From Octopus vulgaris (taxonomy: Eukaryota): a stretch of 64,000 nt of DNA. The stretch is taken from NCBI GenBank assembly GCA_951406725.2, contig OX597837.1, forward strand, positions 41,478,001 to 41,542,000, given 5' to 3'. Shown here piece after piece: positions 1-12,467 of this stretch (positions are counted from its first letter, which is position 1; the number at the start of each line of letters is the position of its first letter). The notes beneath the pieces were generated by a model that saw nothing but the letters and a program-made list of their open reading frames with translations, was not told the DNA's origin and made no database searches. Position numbers and translations under genes: made by a program.

Positions 1-7
1 AAGGTTA

Positions 8-312
8 TTTTTTCCATGCTGACCACTTGATAAAATCGTGTTTTTATTTTTGAATTAACGAAATTATCCTTATTTATATAAATTCAAATTTATTTCGTCA
101 CTGTATTTACTGCGGCGAAATTTTGACCATATCTCACATGGAATTAAGCGGCGGACATTTTGAACTGGCCATGATGCATACGTGCATATATATGTAGGTG
201 TACGTTCGTATATGTAAGTATTCTTTGAATGTGATATTTTCCATGCTGACCACTTGATAAAATCGTTATTTTATTTTTAAATTAACGATCTTATCCTTAT
301 TCACATAAATTT
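8..312. repeat. Direct duplication of a ~75 bp segment (8-85 and 235-312)
   Basis: TTTTCCATGCTGACCACTTGATAAAATCGT...ATTAACGA..TTATCCTTATT occurs twice, about 227 bp apart. Confidence 0.75.
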
Positions 313-469
313 ATATATATATGAAAAAATGCGTTAAATACTGCAAAATGTACAGTTAGGACAGACACAAAATTCTTCACCCTAATTCTTCATCAGTTAT
401 CGTTTATCGTTTCAAATTACATTTGTTTACTTTCCTACGTCCACCCTGTATTGTTTTGTTTTGCTCAAG

Positions 470-585
470 CCCTAATTCTCCGCAAATTTCGCTGGTGCCG
501 CCGATATGCGGATTTCTCAGTCAAATCGTTAAAGGCATGAAATTGAGTATTAGTGACTTGGTCGATAACTAATGAAGAATTACGG
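470..585 (+). ncRNA. Degenerate permuted hammerhead-like RNA (divergent copy)
   Basis: CTCAGT-C (516-522) pairs with GAA-ATTGAG (539-547); (AA)ATCG/CGAT(AA) helix I; core CTAATGA (569-575, one change from CUGAUGA); GTGCC/GGCAT, GCCGA/TTGGT and TAATTCT/AGAATTA helices in the same order as the 1484 copy. Confidence 0.5.
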
Positions 586-701
586 TCCTTCTGTGTCCCT
601 CCTACGTGTACGTTTTGTAGTATTTAATCCATTTTTCATTTATGGAGTAACTGAACTCCATACTTCCCGACTTTTAACAGTAAGTTTATATAGATATATA
701 T

Positions 702-782
<81 letters not shown>

Positions 783-808
783 CATATATACATATATACA
801 TATATACA

Positions 809-1001
809 TCAGTTGCCATGATAGATCGTTAGCCACTGCACACATTTTTTTCTCTCCTTGTTTTTTTTCTGTGTCCCTTTCTATAGAAGAGCGTAGGCTC
901 GAAACGTAAAAGACTTTTTCTATTCCTGATCGTTATACTAATATATCTGTTTGTTTTCTACACCACTTGTCTTCGTCTTTTGTTTTTTTTCGTAAACTCT
1001 C

Positions 1002-1003
<2 letters not shown>
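809..1003 (+). mobile_element. PLE-like terminal fragment with variant minimal type I hammerhead (877-912)
   Basis: CTTT-CTATAGA-A-GAGC GTAG GCTC-GAAA-CG-TA-AAAG; flanked by (TA)n on both sides; related to islands at 14876, 36489 and 59576. Confidence 0.55.
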
Positions 1004-1089
<86 letters not shown>

Positions 1090-1090
1090 G

Positions 1091-1180
<90 letters not shown>

Positions 1181-1483
1181 TAATATATATATATCACGCA
1201 AAGCAAACTGAATAAAATTTGATATTTTGCGGAGGGTCAAAATTGGTAATACAAACAGGACGGTGAAAACAAACAGGAAGGGCTGCTAAGCTTAAACAAG
1301 GTTGTGGTGGCGACCGCGTAAATCAAGCTTGGACAGGAGACAAACATGAACACGTCTTCCTTGTTCTAGCGACAACGGAGAGGAAGCAAGAAAGATGGAC
1401 GATGGTCACGTGGGAACCACATGAGCAACGGAAGAATATGTTATTCCTTATTTGTTGTTTACTTATTTGTTTCCGTATATGTA

Positions 1484-1623
1484 CATTCGTTTGCCTTGCC
1501 CAGAAGCTTAACATTTTTAGCTTACGTCCCTGGCCCAGCCGGTTTCGAGTAGTATCGGAGATAAGTGGGCGAAACTACGTGGACATTCCGGACTCCGACT
1601 GAAGAGGCAATTGGCTGTGAATG
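1484..1623 (+). ncRNA. Non-circularly permuted hammerhead-like RNA in a (TA)n/(TG)n-flanked island (1195-1738)
   Basis: GTAGT-A (1549-1554) with GAA-ACTAC (1571-1578); TCGGAG (1555-1560) with CTCCGA (1593-1598) directly before CTGAAGA (1599-1605); GCCCA/TGGGC; TTGCC/GGCAA; CATTCG/TGAATG. Confidence 0.7.
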
Positions 1624-1739
1624 ATCCGTGTATTTTGTTTTGTCCTGTTTCCCGTTGTCGTGCTGTCGTCCTTTTTCCTGCATGTTGCGTTTTGACGGTT
1701 TCCATTTGTTTGGCTTTTTCTGTTCTACCTTTGATTTAT

Positions 1740-1804
1740 ATGTGTGAGTGTGTGTGTGTATGTGTGTGTTTGTGTGTATGTGTGTATGTGTATGTATATG
1801 TATG

Positions 1805-1836
<32 letters not shown>

Positions 1837-1848
1837 TGTATATATGTA

Positions 1849-1905
<57 letters not shown>

Positions 1906-1914
1906 GTATGTATG

Positions 1915-2002
<88 letters not shown>

Positions 2003-2006
2003 TGCA

Positions 2007-2059
<53 letters not shown>

Positions 2060-2088
2060 GTATATATATACACATATATATATATGTA

Positions 2089-2133
<45 letters not shown>
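1740..2133. repeat. Compound (TG)n/(TATG)n/(TA)n microsatellite
   Basis: Directly visible. Confidence 0.95.
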
Positions 2134-2135
<2 letters not shown>

Positions 2136-2467
2136 TTGATTTAGTCCTACCACTTCAACACTTCAAACACAACAATATCAAGAACAACAACAAGGACCGT
2201 GGTGCTAGGAACTACAGTAAAATCACTTTATTTCTCATTTTTTCATCAAGTCAATGCAGTTATTGTTGTTGTTGCTGTTGTTGTTGTTGAACTTCATGCT
2301 GTTAATGCTGCTTTAGTGATGACGACGACGAAGACGACGGAGACGAAGAGGTTGGCGAAGACATCGATGATGATGAGGATGATGATGCCGTCGGTTATGC
2401 TGTTCTCGACCATGATATGTTTATTTGTATATCCAACTTCCCTTTGTTGCTGCTGTTGTTGTTGTTG

Positions 2468-2945
2468 CTCTTCTTCTTCTTCCTCTTCTTCGTCTTCTTC
2501 TTCCTTTTCTTCTTCTTCTTCTTCTTCTTCTTCTTCTTCTTCTTCTTCGTCTTCCTCTTCTTCTTGTTCGTCTTCTTCTTCCTCTTCCTCTTCTTCTTCT
2601 TCGTTTTCTTCTTCTTCGTCTTCTTCCTTTTCTTCTTCTTCTTCTTCTTCTTCTTCTTCTTTTTTTTCCTCTTCTTCTTCGTCTTCTTCTTCTTCCTTTT
2701 CTTCTTCGTCTTCTTCTTCTTCTTCTTCTTCGTCTTCTTCTTCTTCTTCTTCTTCTTCTTCTTCTTCTTCTTCTTCTTCTTCTCCTTCTTCTTCTTCTCC
2801 TTCTCCTTCTTCTTCTTCTTCTTCTTCTTCTTCTTCTTCTTCTTCTTCTTCTTCTTCTTCTTCTTCTTCTTCTTCTTCTCCTTCTTCTTCTCCTTCTTCT
2901 TCTTCTTCTTCTTCTTCTTCTTCTTCTTCTTCTTCTTCTTCTTCT
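2468..2945. repeat. (TCT)n trinucleotide array
   Basis: About 480 bp of TCT/TCG/TCC units; source of the poly-S/F/L/E ORFs. Confidence 0.95.
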
Positions 2946-3251
2946 ATTACTACTACTACTACTACAGCTTCTTCATCCTCCACCACAACCACGACAACGC
3001 CAAAACCAGAAGATGCAACTGTTTTGTTTTTTTATTAATGTTTGTTTGGCGTATCATTATTATTGTTGATATTGTTGTTGTTGTTGTTGTTAGTAGTAGT
3101 AGTATTAGTAGTAGTAGTAGTATCATTATTGGTGTTGTTTTGTTATTAGTTTTTTATTCACACGATATTTCCATTTGTTTGTTTCTGCCCTTGATTACTT
3201 CTCTGACAGCCCTGTCCTCCTCTCTCCCCTTCTCTCTCTCTATCCCTCTGT

Positions 3252-3284
<33 letters not shown>

Positions 3285-3387
3285 GCACATCTCTCGCATC
3301 TCTTTATATATTTTTTCTGCCAATCTTTTCTTTGATTAATCATTTTTACCTTTTCATCTTCTTCGCCAGCACCAACACCATCGCCGC

Positions 3388-3389
3388 CG

Positions 3390-3443
<54 letters not shown>

Positions 3444-3799
3444 CCATCATCACCATCATCATCACCATCATCATCATCATCATCATGATTGATATTCTCA
3501 CCATCGTCCTTATTTTTCTTATTCTTCTTCTCCTCCTACTCCTACTCCTTTTCCTTTTCGCCATGACCATCACCGTCTCAATAACAACACCCTTGAAAAA
3601 CAACCAAAAATACAAATGTCACCTACGAGCGCAATCAGCGCTACTTATAACGCCGTCGTCGTCATCATCATCATTATCGTCAATATCACCAACATCATCA
3701 TCATCATCATCATCATCATTACTATCATCATCATCATCATCATCATTATCATCATTATCATCGTCATCATCATCGTCATCATCGTCATCATCACCGTCG

Positions 3800-3854
<55 letters not shown>

Positions 3855-5174
3855 TACTATCATCATCATCATCATCATTATCATCGCCAATATCACTATT
3901 ATCATCATCATCATCGTCGTCATCATCGTCTTGTTGTTGTCATCTTCATCGTCATCCTTGTCACCACACACACACACACGCATACACACACACATATATA
4001 TATATACATATACGTATATATAACCGATACCCCCCATCCCCCAACCACCCTCCTCTTCCTCTCCCACCACCCACCACCCCCAACACACCTTTACCAAACA
4101 CCAAAGCAAACACTGTGTGTCGCTTATATCGTGTTTATTTGTTCATGTCTTTTGTCTATTGTCCACACAACCGCCATTATTCTAATTCCACTATTTTCTT
4201 CAATCCGAATCCAAAGATCTTAACACCACCAACCCCCACTCTCCGCCACCCCTGCTCCCCGTTCCCTTCTCTTGCCACGGAACCCCGGCTCTTCCCTCCT
4301 CTTCCGTCCTCATTACCGATTTCCTACTGATTAGTTTGTCGTACCCTAGGGACTTATGAGTTTTACCCTTCTAACGGACCCTTAGAAAAGAAGTTCTTTC
4401 TGATTGCCTTTTTCTATCTCCTTCCTTCTTCTTCTTCTTCTTCCTAATCTCGCGTGACCCCAACCCCACTCCCACGCCCCCAACAGCCCCACCTCACCCC
4501 GACATCACTCTGCTACGAAAATCCGCCCACCTCTCACGAGATCTCGCTAAGACCACTATGGCCGCCAACGTCACCGTCACCATCAACATCGCCTTCACCA
4601 CCACGGACACCATCATAGCAAACCATCAAGCCCCGTCCACCTCCTCCTCATCATCATCATCCGCATCATCAGCATCATCATTATCATCATCATCATCATC
4701 GTTACGATCATCATCATAGCCACCAACATAACCATTACTTCCTTCGAACCAGCATCGCCAGTATCGAAACCACCACCACCAATACCACCAAAGCAAACTA
4801 TCGGCCTCCGTCATCATTATCCTCCTCATCATCATCATAATCATCATCCTCATTACCATCATCGTCATCGCCACCATCACCCCGCCCATTCGCACCTTCG
4901 TGCGTTCATCACCAGCATCAACAGCACCACTACCAACAACAACAACAACAACTTAAAAACAAAACAATGGCCTCTACCAACACCTACCCCACGCCATCAC
5001 CAACACATGACCATTACCATCTCCGCGCCGCCATCATCACCGACATCAATAACAACAATAATCCTCCGCGCCTCCCATCATCAAACGCTACTCCGCTTCC
5101 ACCACCACCACCACCAATATTTCATCATAACCATCATAATCATCATCATCATCATCATCATTGTCATCACCAAT

Positions 5175-5211
<37 letters not shown>

Positions 5212-5216
5212 CCAAC

Positions 5217-5247
<31 letters not shown>

Positions 5248-5344
5248 CACCATCTTCTTCATTATCATCATCATCATCATCATTATTATCATTATCATCA
5301 TCATCATTATCATCATCATTATCATCACCATCATCATCATCATT

Positions 5345-5379
<35 letters not shown>

Positions 5380-5380
5380 T
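3388..5380. repeat. (CAT)n/(CAC)n low-complexity region
   Basis: CAT/CGT/CAC arrays at 3388-3490, 3650-3955 and 4620-5380. Confidence 0.9.
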
Positions 5381-6036
5381 CCCATCAGAAGCTTCACCAG
5401 CCCATTACCACCGTCACCACCACAGCTACCAGGCTACTACTACTACTACTACTACCATTACCCCTCATTAGCATAACCACCGCAGTGAAAGCCACTACTA
5501 CCGCAACAACCATCAAAAACAAACAATCAAGGCCACCACCGTCTCTACTAACACCACCACCAACACCGACACTAACACCACCACCAGCGCCATCATGTAC
5601 CCTGCCCCACCCACACGCCACTCATAACTATCGTGCTCACCACAAAAAAATAAACACCATAATTCGTGCTAACGGGATACCTTCTATCAACATGGTCACT
5701 GGATCTGCTAGAAATAACAACCAAATATTACTGAAACCTAATTCTAACGTCTTAAAACAAGAATATTGTGTTTGAAAATCGAAAATTAGGAAAAAAGGTG
5801 GGATGGTCACGGCTGGAATATCTTTGTATCCCATTTTATTTATAAACATATATTTTTGCGGGTTTGTCATCCTATCAGTAAATTGGTTATCGGATTATTG
5901 AATCATTGGATTAATTCCACAGAAGTTAGACTTAAATACTAATTCTTTAAATGATTGCCACTTAATTTCATCTCAGTTGCCGCCTCCTCCGGTCTCTGCC
6001 ACAAGATATACATTTATACATACACACACACATACA

Positions 6037-6166
<130 letters not shown>

Positions 6167-6191
6167 ATCAAAACGGTTTGATTCAAATTCG

Positions 6192-6274
6192 TTGGTACTC
6201 AGAGTTTCAAGCGTTTTGCTAACCTTCAGCTATTGGCTGAAGATTAACATCACGATTGAAACTCTGAGTACAAT
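6192..6274. ncRNA. Head-to-head inverted pair of minimal type I hammerheads
   Basis: + copy TTGG-CTGAAGA(6237)-...-GAAA(6258)-CTCTGAG-TA-CAAT; - copy reads CTGAAGG...GAAA-CTCTGAG-TA-CCAA; arms GTACTCAGAGTTTCAA/TTGAAACTCTGAGTAC. Confidence 0.65.
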
Positions 6275-6346
6275 AAAATAAATTGATATTATTGATATTG
6301 AATCAATAACCGTGTTGAGTGCCCTTCTTTCGTTTGTCCACTCACT

Positions 6347-6404
<58 letters not shown>

Positions 6405-6407
6405 GTA

Positions 6408-6800
6408 TCTGTACGTCATATACCCTTAAGCAACCATGTGGCAATATGTGGTCAGAAAATGCTTATAATATTCCCATTCTGCAAACTACACAATTCAAGT
6501 GAAATTGAAAGACAAGTCAGACAAAACAATTCTCTTCAAACAACGAAGCTTTCTTTCCGAGGGCCCCGGTTGTCCGGGACGAGAATCTGTTTATTCTTTT
6601 CCTTGGCTTGCAATAAGAACATGCTTGCAATAGCCGGTTCTTTTGGTCAAACTATCGTATCTCCAGCTACTTCAGATGCCAAGATATCTAAAATTGTCAA
6701 AGTGTAGTTTAACGGTTTTGCTATGGAATGGTGAAACTATTTTTTCGTTTTCTGAAAAGAGCAACGTTTTGGACTTACGACACTTTTGGATAATAGCAAC
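6408..6800 (+). mobile_element. Penelope-like element 3' remnant (GIY-YIG endonuclease C-terminus plus 3' repeat)
   Basis: Frame from 6408 reads SVRHIPLSNHVAICGQKMLIIFPFCKLHNSSEIERQVRQNNSLQTTKLS, resembling the PLE GIY-YIG tail (PxSxH..C..FxIFPFYK...R...E..I...KP.LN); flanked by (TA)n; recognised by eye only. Confidence 0.55.
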
Positions 6801-6813
6801 GATATACATATAC

Positions 6814-6884
<71 letters not shown>

Positions 6885-6888
6885 TATT

Positions 6889-6922
<34 letters not shown>

Positions 6923-6979
6923 CATAATTGTATACGTATATGTGTATGCGTATATATATGTATATATATACATATGTAA

Positions 6980-7048
<69 letters not shown>

Positions 7049-7053
7049 CATAT

Positions 7054-7091
<38 letters not shown>

Positions 7092-7258
7092 ACACACATA
7101 TATATATATATATTGAAATAGACAGAATCATCCTATGAAACGTTTTGGTTTTTTTCTCTTCCTTTTTTCTTTCGTTAGTGAAAGAAAAAGACAAATTTGA
7201 TGGAATGGAGAATAATCCTATATGGTCAATATGGATGTATTTCATGGAATTTTTTTCC

Positions 7259-7643
7259 CTGTGTGGAAAGAAGCTTTTTTCCAGCCACATGGTACCGGGT
7301 TCAGTCTCTCTACGCGGCACCTTGAGCACGTTCTTTTAACTATAGCCTCAGGCCGACCAGAGCCTTGTGGTTATATATAGTAGACGTAAAATGAAAGAAG
7401 CCCGTCATATGTGTATGTGTGTGTTTGTGTCCGTGTTAGTCCCCTACCACCATTTAACAACCGGTTTTGGTGCGTTTCCCTTCCTGTAACCTAGCAGTTC
7501 GTTATATGAAACCGACGGAATAAGTACAAGGCTTTAGACGTATGAGTACTTGAGTCGATACGTTCGACTAAAAATTCTTCAAAGCGGTACCCCAGCATGG
7601 CCGCAGTTTAATGAGTGAAACAAGTAGAAGGCAAAAGATAAAA
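7259..7643 (+). mobile_element. tRNA-derived SINE family A (octopus-type), diverged copy
   Basis: Head ..TGTGTGG..AAGCTT..CCACATGG..GGGTTCAGTC; internal (TG)n; tail CCAGCATGGCCGCAG..TGAAACAAGTA. Confidence 0.8.
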
Positions 7644-8190
7644 TATATCATTTAAACATTGAATATTTATACTCAAATGTAAAGCCCTTAATATTCGTAT
7701 ACAGCTGCTTTTGACGCGGTTAAGTTTCGTCAGTGCGACAGATTCGATGATTTATTAATTATACTATACTATTTCAAGAATGAAAAAGCAAACGCATTCA
7801 AATACATACGCATCTTCCCATATACACACACACACACACACACACGCACATACACACACACACACATGCACACAGTGGCCAAATGATCTAGAATCCATCT
7901 TAAATTTCGTTCGAAATCTCTCTACATCAGAACATGAGATGAGATGGACGCGCCCTACGCCTACGAAGCAATAACGTACAGCTAGGTCAAGCATGAGGCT
8001 CCAGCCAAATGTATTGAATGCTGGTGTCTTTCGTTTATTCATCCACCCATGTGTATCTGAATGAGAGAGACAGACAGACAGACAGGCAGACAGAGAACAA
8101 GAATGCACAAATACTCTTCGTTGATGTCAGAGCGTAGAGTAAAACCAGTGATAGTGAGGGACTCTTAGCTGTTGTCACAGCGCCCTTCTG

Positions 8191-8372
8191 CTTGACAACC
8201 AGTGTTGATGTGTTAATGTTCCCATAACTTAGCAGTTCGGCAAAAGAGAGATAATGTAAGTACTAGGCCTACAATGAATAGCTCCTGAGGTCGATTTGTT
8301 TAACTAAAACCTTTCAAGGCGGTACTCCAGCATGACCGCAGTCAAATGACTTAAACAAGTCAAGGAATAAAA
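8191..8372 (+). mobile_element. SINE family A, 3' half
   Basis: CTTGACAACC...ACTTAGCAGTTCGGCAAAAGAG...CAGTCAAATGACTTAAACAAG. Confidence 0.8.
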
Positions 8373-8396
8373 AAATATATATACATATATGTATAC

Positions 8397-8451
<55 letters not shown>

Positions 8452-8469
8452 TATATATATATATATATA

Positions 8470-8855
8470 GGTGCAGGAATGGCTGTGAGGTAAGTAGCTT
8501 GCTTACCAATCATATGGTTCCGGGTTCAGTCCCACTGCTTGGCACTTTGGGCAAGTGTCTTTTACTATAGCCTCGGGCCGACCAAAGCCTTGGGAGTGGA
8601 TTTGGTAGACGGAAACTGAAAGAAGCCCGTAGTATATATGTATGTATGTGTGTGTTTTTACTCACCCAACATCGCTTGACAACCGATGCTGGTGTGTTTA
8701 CACCCCCGTAACTTAGCCGTTCGGCAAAAGAAACCGATAGAATAAGTTCTAGGCTTACAAAGAATAAGTTCCGGGGTCGATTTGCTCGACTAAAGGCTGT
8801 GTTCCAGCATGGCCACAGTCAAATGACTGAAACAAGAAAAAGAGTAAAAGAGTAA
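8470..8855 (+). mobile_element. SINE family A, full length
   Basis: A-box-like TGGCTGTGAGG, B-box-like GGTTCAGTCCC, CORE-like TTGGGCAAGTGTCTT, internal microsatellite, (AAAAGAGT)n tail. Confidence 0.9.
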
Positions 8856-9288
8856 TGAGATATAAATACACACACATTTACACACACACATATATATTTA
8901 CATATATATATATACACAGACACAAGCACGCACACACACACACACATACATGAATGGTTTTCTTACGGCACTTTGATTTTTATGCTACATGTTTTCGCCT
9001 TCTTTTTCTTCTCCTCCTACATCTCCTCTACCTCCTCCTCCCGCTCTTCATTTTTTTTTTTATCTCTCTCTCTCTCTCTTCTTCCTTACAATTACACTAT
9101 AAAAGGTTCACCACATAGAAATATTTCGATCCTATTCGCAACGGAAGCCCCTTTATATTTACCATATTCTTCATGGAGAAATATTCATTCAATATTCTTT
9201 ATTAGCGTCGGTAATTATAGTGATAGGGAAGACCTCTAGAAATTGCCTCCTCACCTCGCTGCTGCCGCATTGTAAGCGATGCCTAACC

Positions 9289-9415
<127 letters not shown>

Positions 9416-9692
9416 CACGCATGTATGTATGTATGTATGTATGTATGTATGTATGACGTGCATATATCATCAGTAATTGGAGTTCTTTCCCCTTTGTTTC
9501 CGATACAACGGCTCGATGTAGCGCATACCCTACCAGTTAATATGACAGATGCATAAACAACAAAGGCAGCAGCCCCTACGATACTATCACCGCAACCACC
9601 ACAACCACCACCACCACCACCACCTCCATCACTATTAATAGCAGCATTAGCAAGAGCAACAAAGTTAACTACCAATGTATGGTATGTATATA

Positions 9693-9797
<105 letters not shown>

Positions 9798-9846
9798 ATA
9801 TATATAAATATATATATATGCATACACACATATGAATATGTATATA

Positions 9847-9885
<39 letters not shown>

Positions 9886-9944
9886 GTATGTATATTTATA
9901 TATGCATTTATATATTTATATATGCATATATATATATATATATG

Positions 9945-10019
<75 letters not shown>

Positions 10020-10043
10020 TATATATATGCATACACACATATG

Positions 10044-10100
<57 letters not shown>

Positions 10101-10982
10101 TCGTACACTATACAGCTAATCGATTGTCCCTGATGATTAGCGAACGCTGATTTACAACAAGTAACAAATAACTTTACCTAGTTATTGTCAAGCCAAACGG
10201 AAAGCGATAAATAATTTTTCAAAATGGTGGCCATAAAAATGTCACAGACAAATGTGCGAACTTATTTTATTCTTCAAGTTATTCTTAAGACCAGAACGAA
10301 ATTTCGATAAAAATTCCATTCTTTTCATTTATTGTGTTGTGTGTTTTTTTTTGGGGTTTTTTTTTTTGTTCTTCATTTAAACGAAAAATGATTTTATGAA
10401 GAAAACGTCCATTTATTTCATTCAATATTGACTCAACAGAGGGCGCTGGTTTGAGATTTACAAAGTCGTGGGCTTTTCATATTCCGGCACTGAGTTCAAA
10501 TTCGACCGGGTTACACTTTGCTTTTCATTCTTTCAAGGGTCCATAAAAAATAAAATCGACGTGCCCCTTCCCTTCCCCTAAATTATAAACATAACCACGA
10601 AGTGATTCAACAATAAAATGTCTACCTGCTAGTCACACAAATGTGCTTGCATATGCAGTGTACATAGGGGTTGGTGCTCGTGTGTGTGGGTGTGTGTGTA
10701 AGATTGAAAGTTGAGTAAGCAGAGAGGGACTTTCAACAACATGAACTCTCCAAGAGGTTTAAATGCTCACGTCTCTGATATCCAAGAGGTTAAAGAGCCT
10801 CAGCAGTAGGGCACCTAGGAGTTATGACCTGGTTGCGCATGCCCCCACACTACCGCTTAGTGTGTAAGACGTTAAGAGCCAAAAGACTCTCCTGAGCGGG
10901 ATTTCTTGACTGACTACTTTCAGCTGCTCAGCTCTCTTGAGAGTGTCTTACCCACCACCCAATATATATATATATATATATA

Positions 10983-11113
10983 CCTAAGGAATAAGAACCC
11001 AAGTTCGAAATTTCCCCCAAGACACCTGATGAAGGCTGGAGGCTATATCAGCCGAAACGTTATGTTAACAACAAACAAGATGAGGACAAATATCCGTCAA
11101 ATGTAAATAATGT
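10983..11113 (+). mobile_element. 5'-truncated hammerhead-tailed element (HHR 11021-11066)
   Basis: GACAC-CTGATGA-A-GGCTG..CAGCC-GAAA-CG-TT-ATGTT; same sequence as 16987-17120. Confidence 0.75.
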
Positions 11114-11203
11114 GTGTTTATACATATATATAGTGGTTGTATACTGTCAACTCAACGTGACAGTCCCGTAAAGGGAATCTCTCTGAGATATTTCGAAATT
11201 CAA

Positions 11204-11263
<60 letters not shown>

Positions 11264-11358
11264 GCGTGTTTTTATATATTATTTTCACATACACATATAT
11301 ATACACATACATATACATACCAACGTATATATATATATAATATAGTCAAACTAATGAT

Positions 11359-11436
11359 TTAATACGCACGTTTCAGATCTGCGTTATGCATAATAGGAAA
11401 TACATACGTCTCTTATGTAGGATCTTCCTCAGTTAA
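11359..11436 (-). ncRNA. Minimal type I hammerhead ribozyme with canonical core
   Basis: Minus strand TTAA-CTGAGGA-AGATC...GATCT-GAAA-CGTGCG-TA-TTAA; all three helices form; GUA cleavage triplet. Confidence 0.8.
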
Positions 11437-11696
11437 TATATTTCAATATATTTTGAAATGTGCAAAGATGTTTTAAGATGAAGGTCTTGCTTATGTATTC
11501 TCTATTATATATTACCATTATTTAGTTTGACTCCATTATTGCAACATATACGACATGATGCCAGTACAAATTAACTGTCCCGACTTCGCTAACGTGGATA
11601 CTCTGAAATGAATTTGGAGTAGTTTGTTATATGTGACTCAAGAAGAGCGTTCTTGCACGGTGCATCGGTTCTAAGCATAGCAAGAAATACATAGCT

Positions 11697-11927
11697 TTTC
11701 TCTTTTATCTTTTACTTGTTACATTCATTGGACTGTGGTCATGCTGGAGCACCGCCTTGAAGAATTTTACGCGAACAAATATCGACCCCAATACCCATTT
11801 TTTTTAAAGAATAATGCTTATTCTATTGGTCTCTTTTGCCGAACCGCTAAGTTACGGGGACTTAGGCACACCAACACTGGTCGTCAAGTGGTAGTGGACT
11901 ACAAACTGACAATTAAATACACATGTA

Positions 11928-11958
<31 letters not shown>

Positions 11959-12467
11959 TGTTTGTTCCTTCTCGGGTCATGCCTGGCTCATAAGGGCCGG
12001 TTTCCCGGTTTCTTGGCGTATAGGTTCCCCACCTGGACGGGATGACGGTCTGTCGCAGGTGAGCTGCAAGATGCAGGAGGAAAGAGTGAAAGAAAGCTGT
12101 GGCGAAAGAGTCACGCCATTACCTTCTGCCGAAGCCGCGTGGAGCTTAGGTGTTTCGCTCATAAACACACACATCACCCGGTCTGAGATTCGAACCCGCG
12201 ATTCCGCTGATCTAACCACTAGGCCATGTGCCTCCACATGTATATGTATATATATATATATATATATATACTTATATATACACACACATTGTGAGTGGAT
12301 TTGATAGAAGCCCGTCCTATATGTGTGTGTGTGTGTGAGACGGGCTTCTGTCAAATCCACTCACAGGCTATAGTAAAAGACATTTACCCAAATTGCCACG
12401 CACAGGGAATGAACCAGATGCCATGCGGTTGGGACGAAAGCTTCTAACCACCCAACCAAGTCTGCGC
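11697..12467 (-). mobile_element. SINE family A interrupted by a nested SINE and a short inverted duplication
   Basis: Tail at 11697-11915, head at 12339-12467; palindrome GTGAGTGGATTTGA..AGAAGCCCGTC/GACGGGCTTCT..TCAAATCCACTCAC at 12291-12364. Confidence 0.7.
11958..12237 (-). mobile_element. tRNA-derived SINE family C (head H1 plus V-domain-like tail T2)
   Basis: Minus strand TGGCCTAGTGGTTAG (A box), GGTTCGAATCTC (B box), CCTGCGACAGACCGTCATCCCGTCCAGG tail, ACAA end. Confidence 0.8.

Noticed and set aside
141-165. GGHFE-coding stretch resembling a Tc1-superfamily transposase end
   Set aside because: Only five residues, with no supporting upstream frame.
2199-4330. Long ORFs (637, 279 and 232 aa)
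   Set aside because: They are translations of (TCT)n and (CAT)n repeats, open in several frames on both strands, with no domain content.
7931-7985. Possible exon or short ORF (MDAPYAYEAITYS)
   Set aside because: Weak splice sites and no supporting context.
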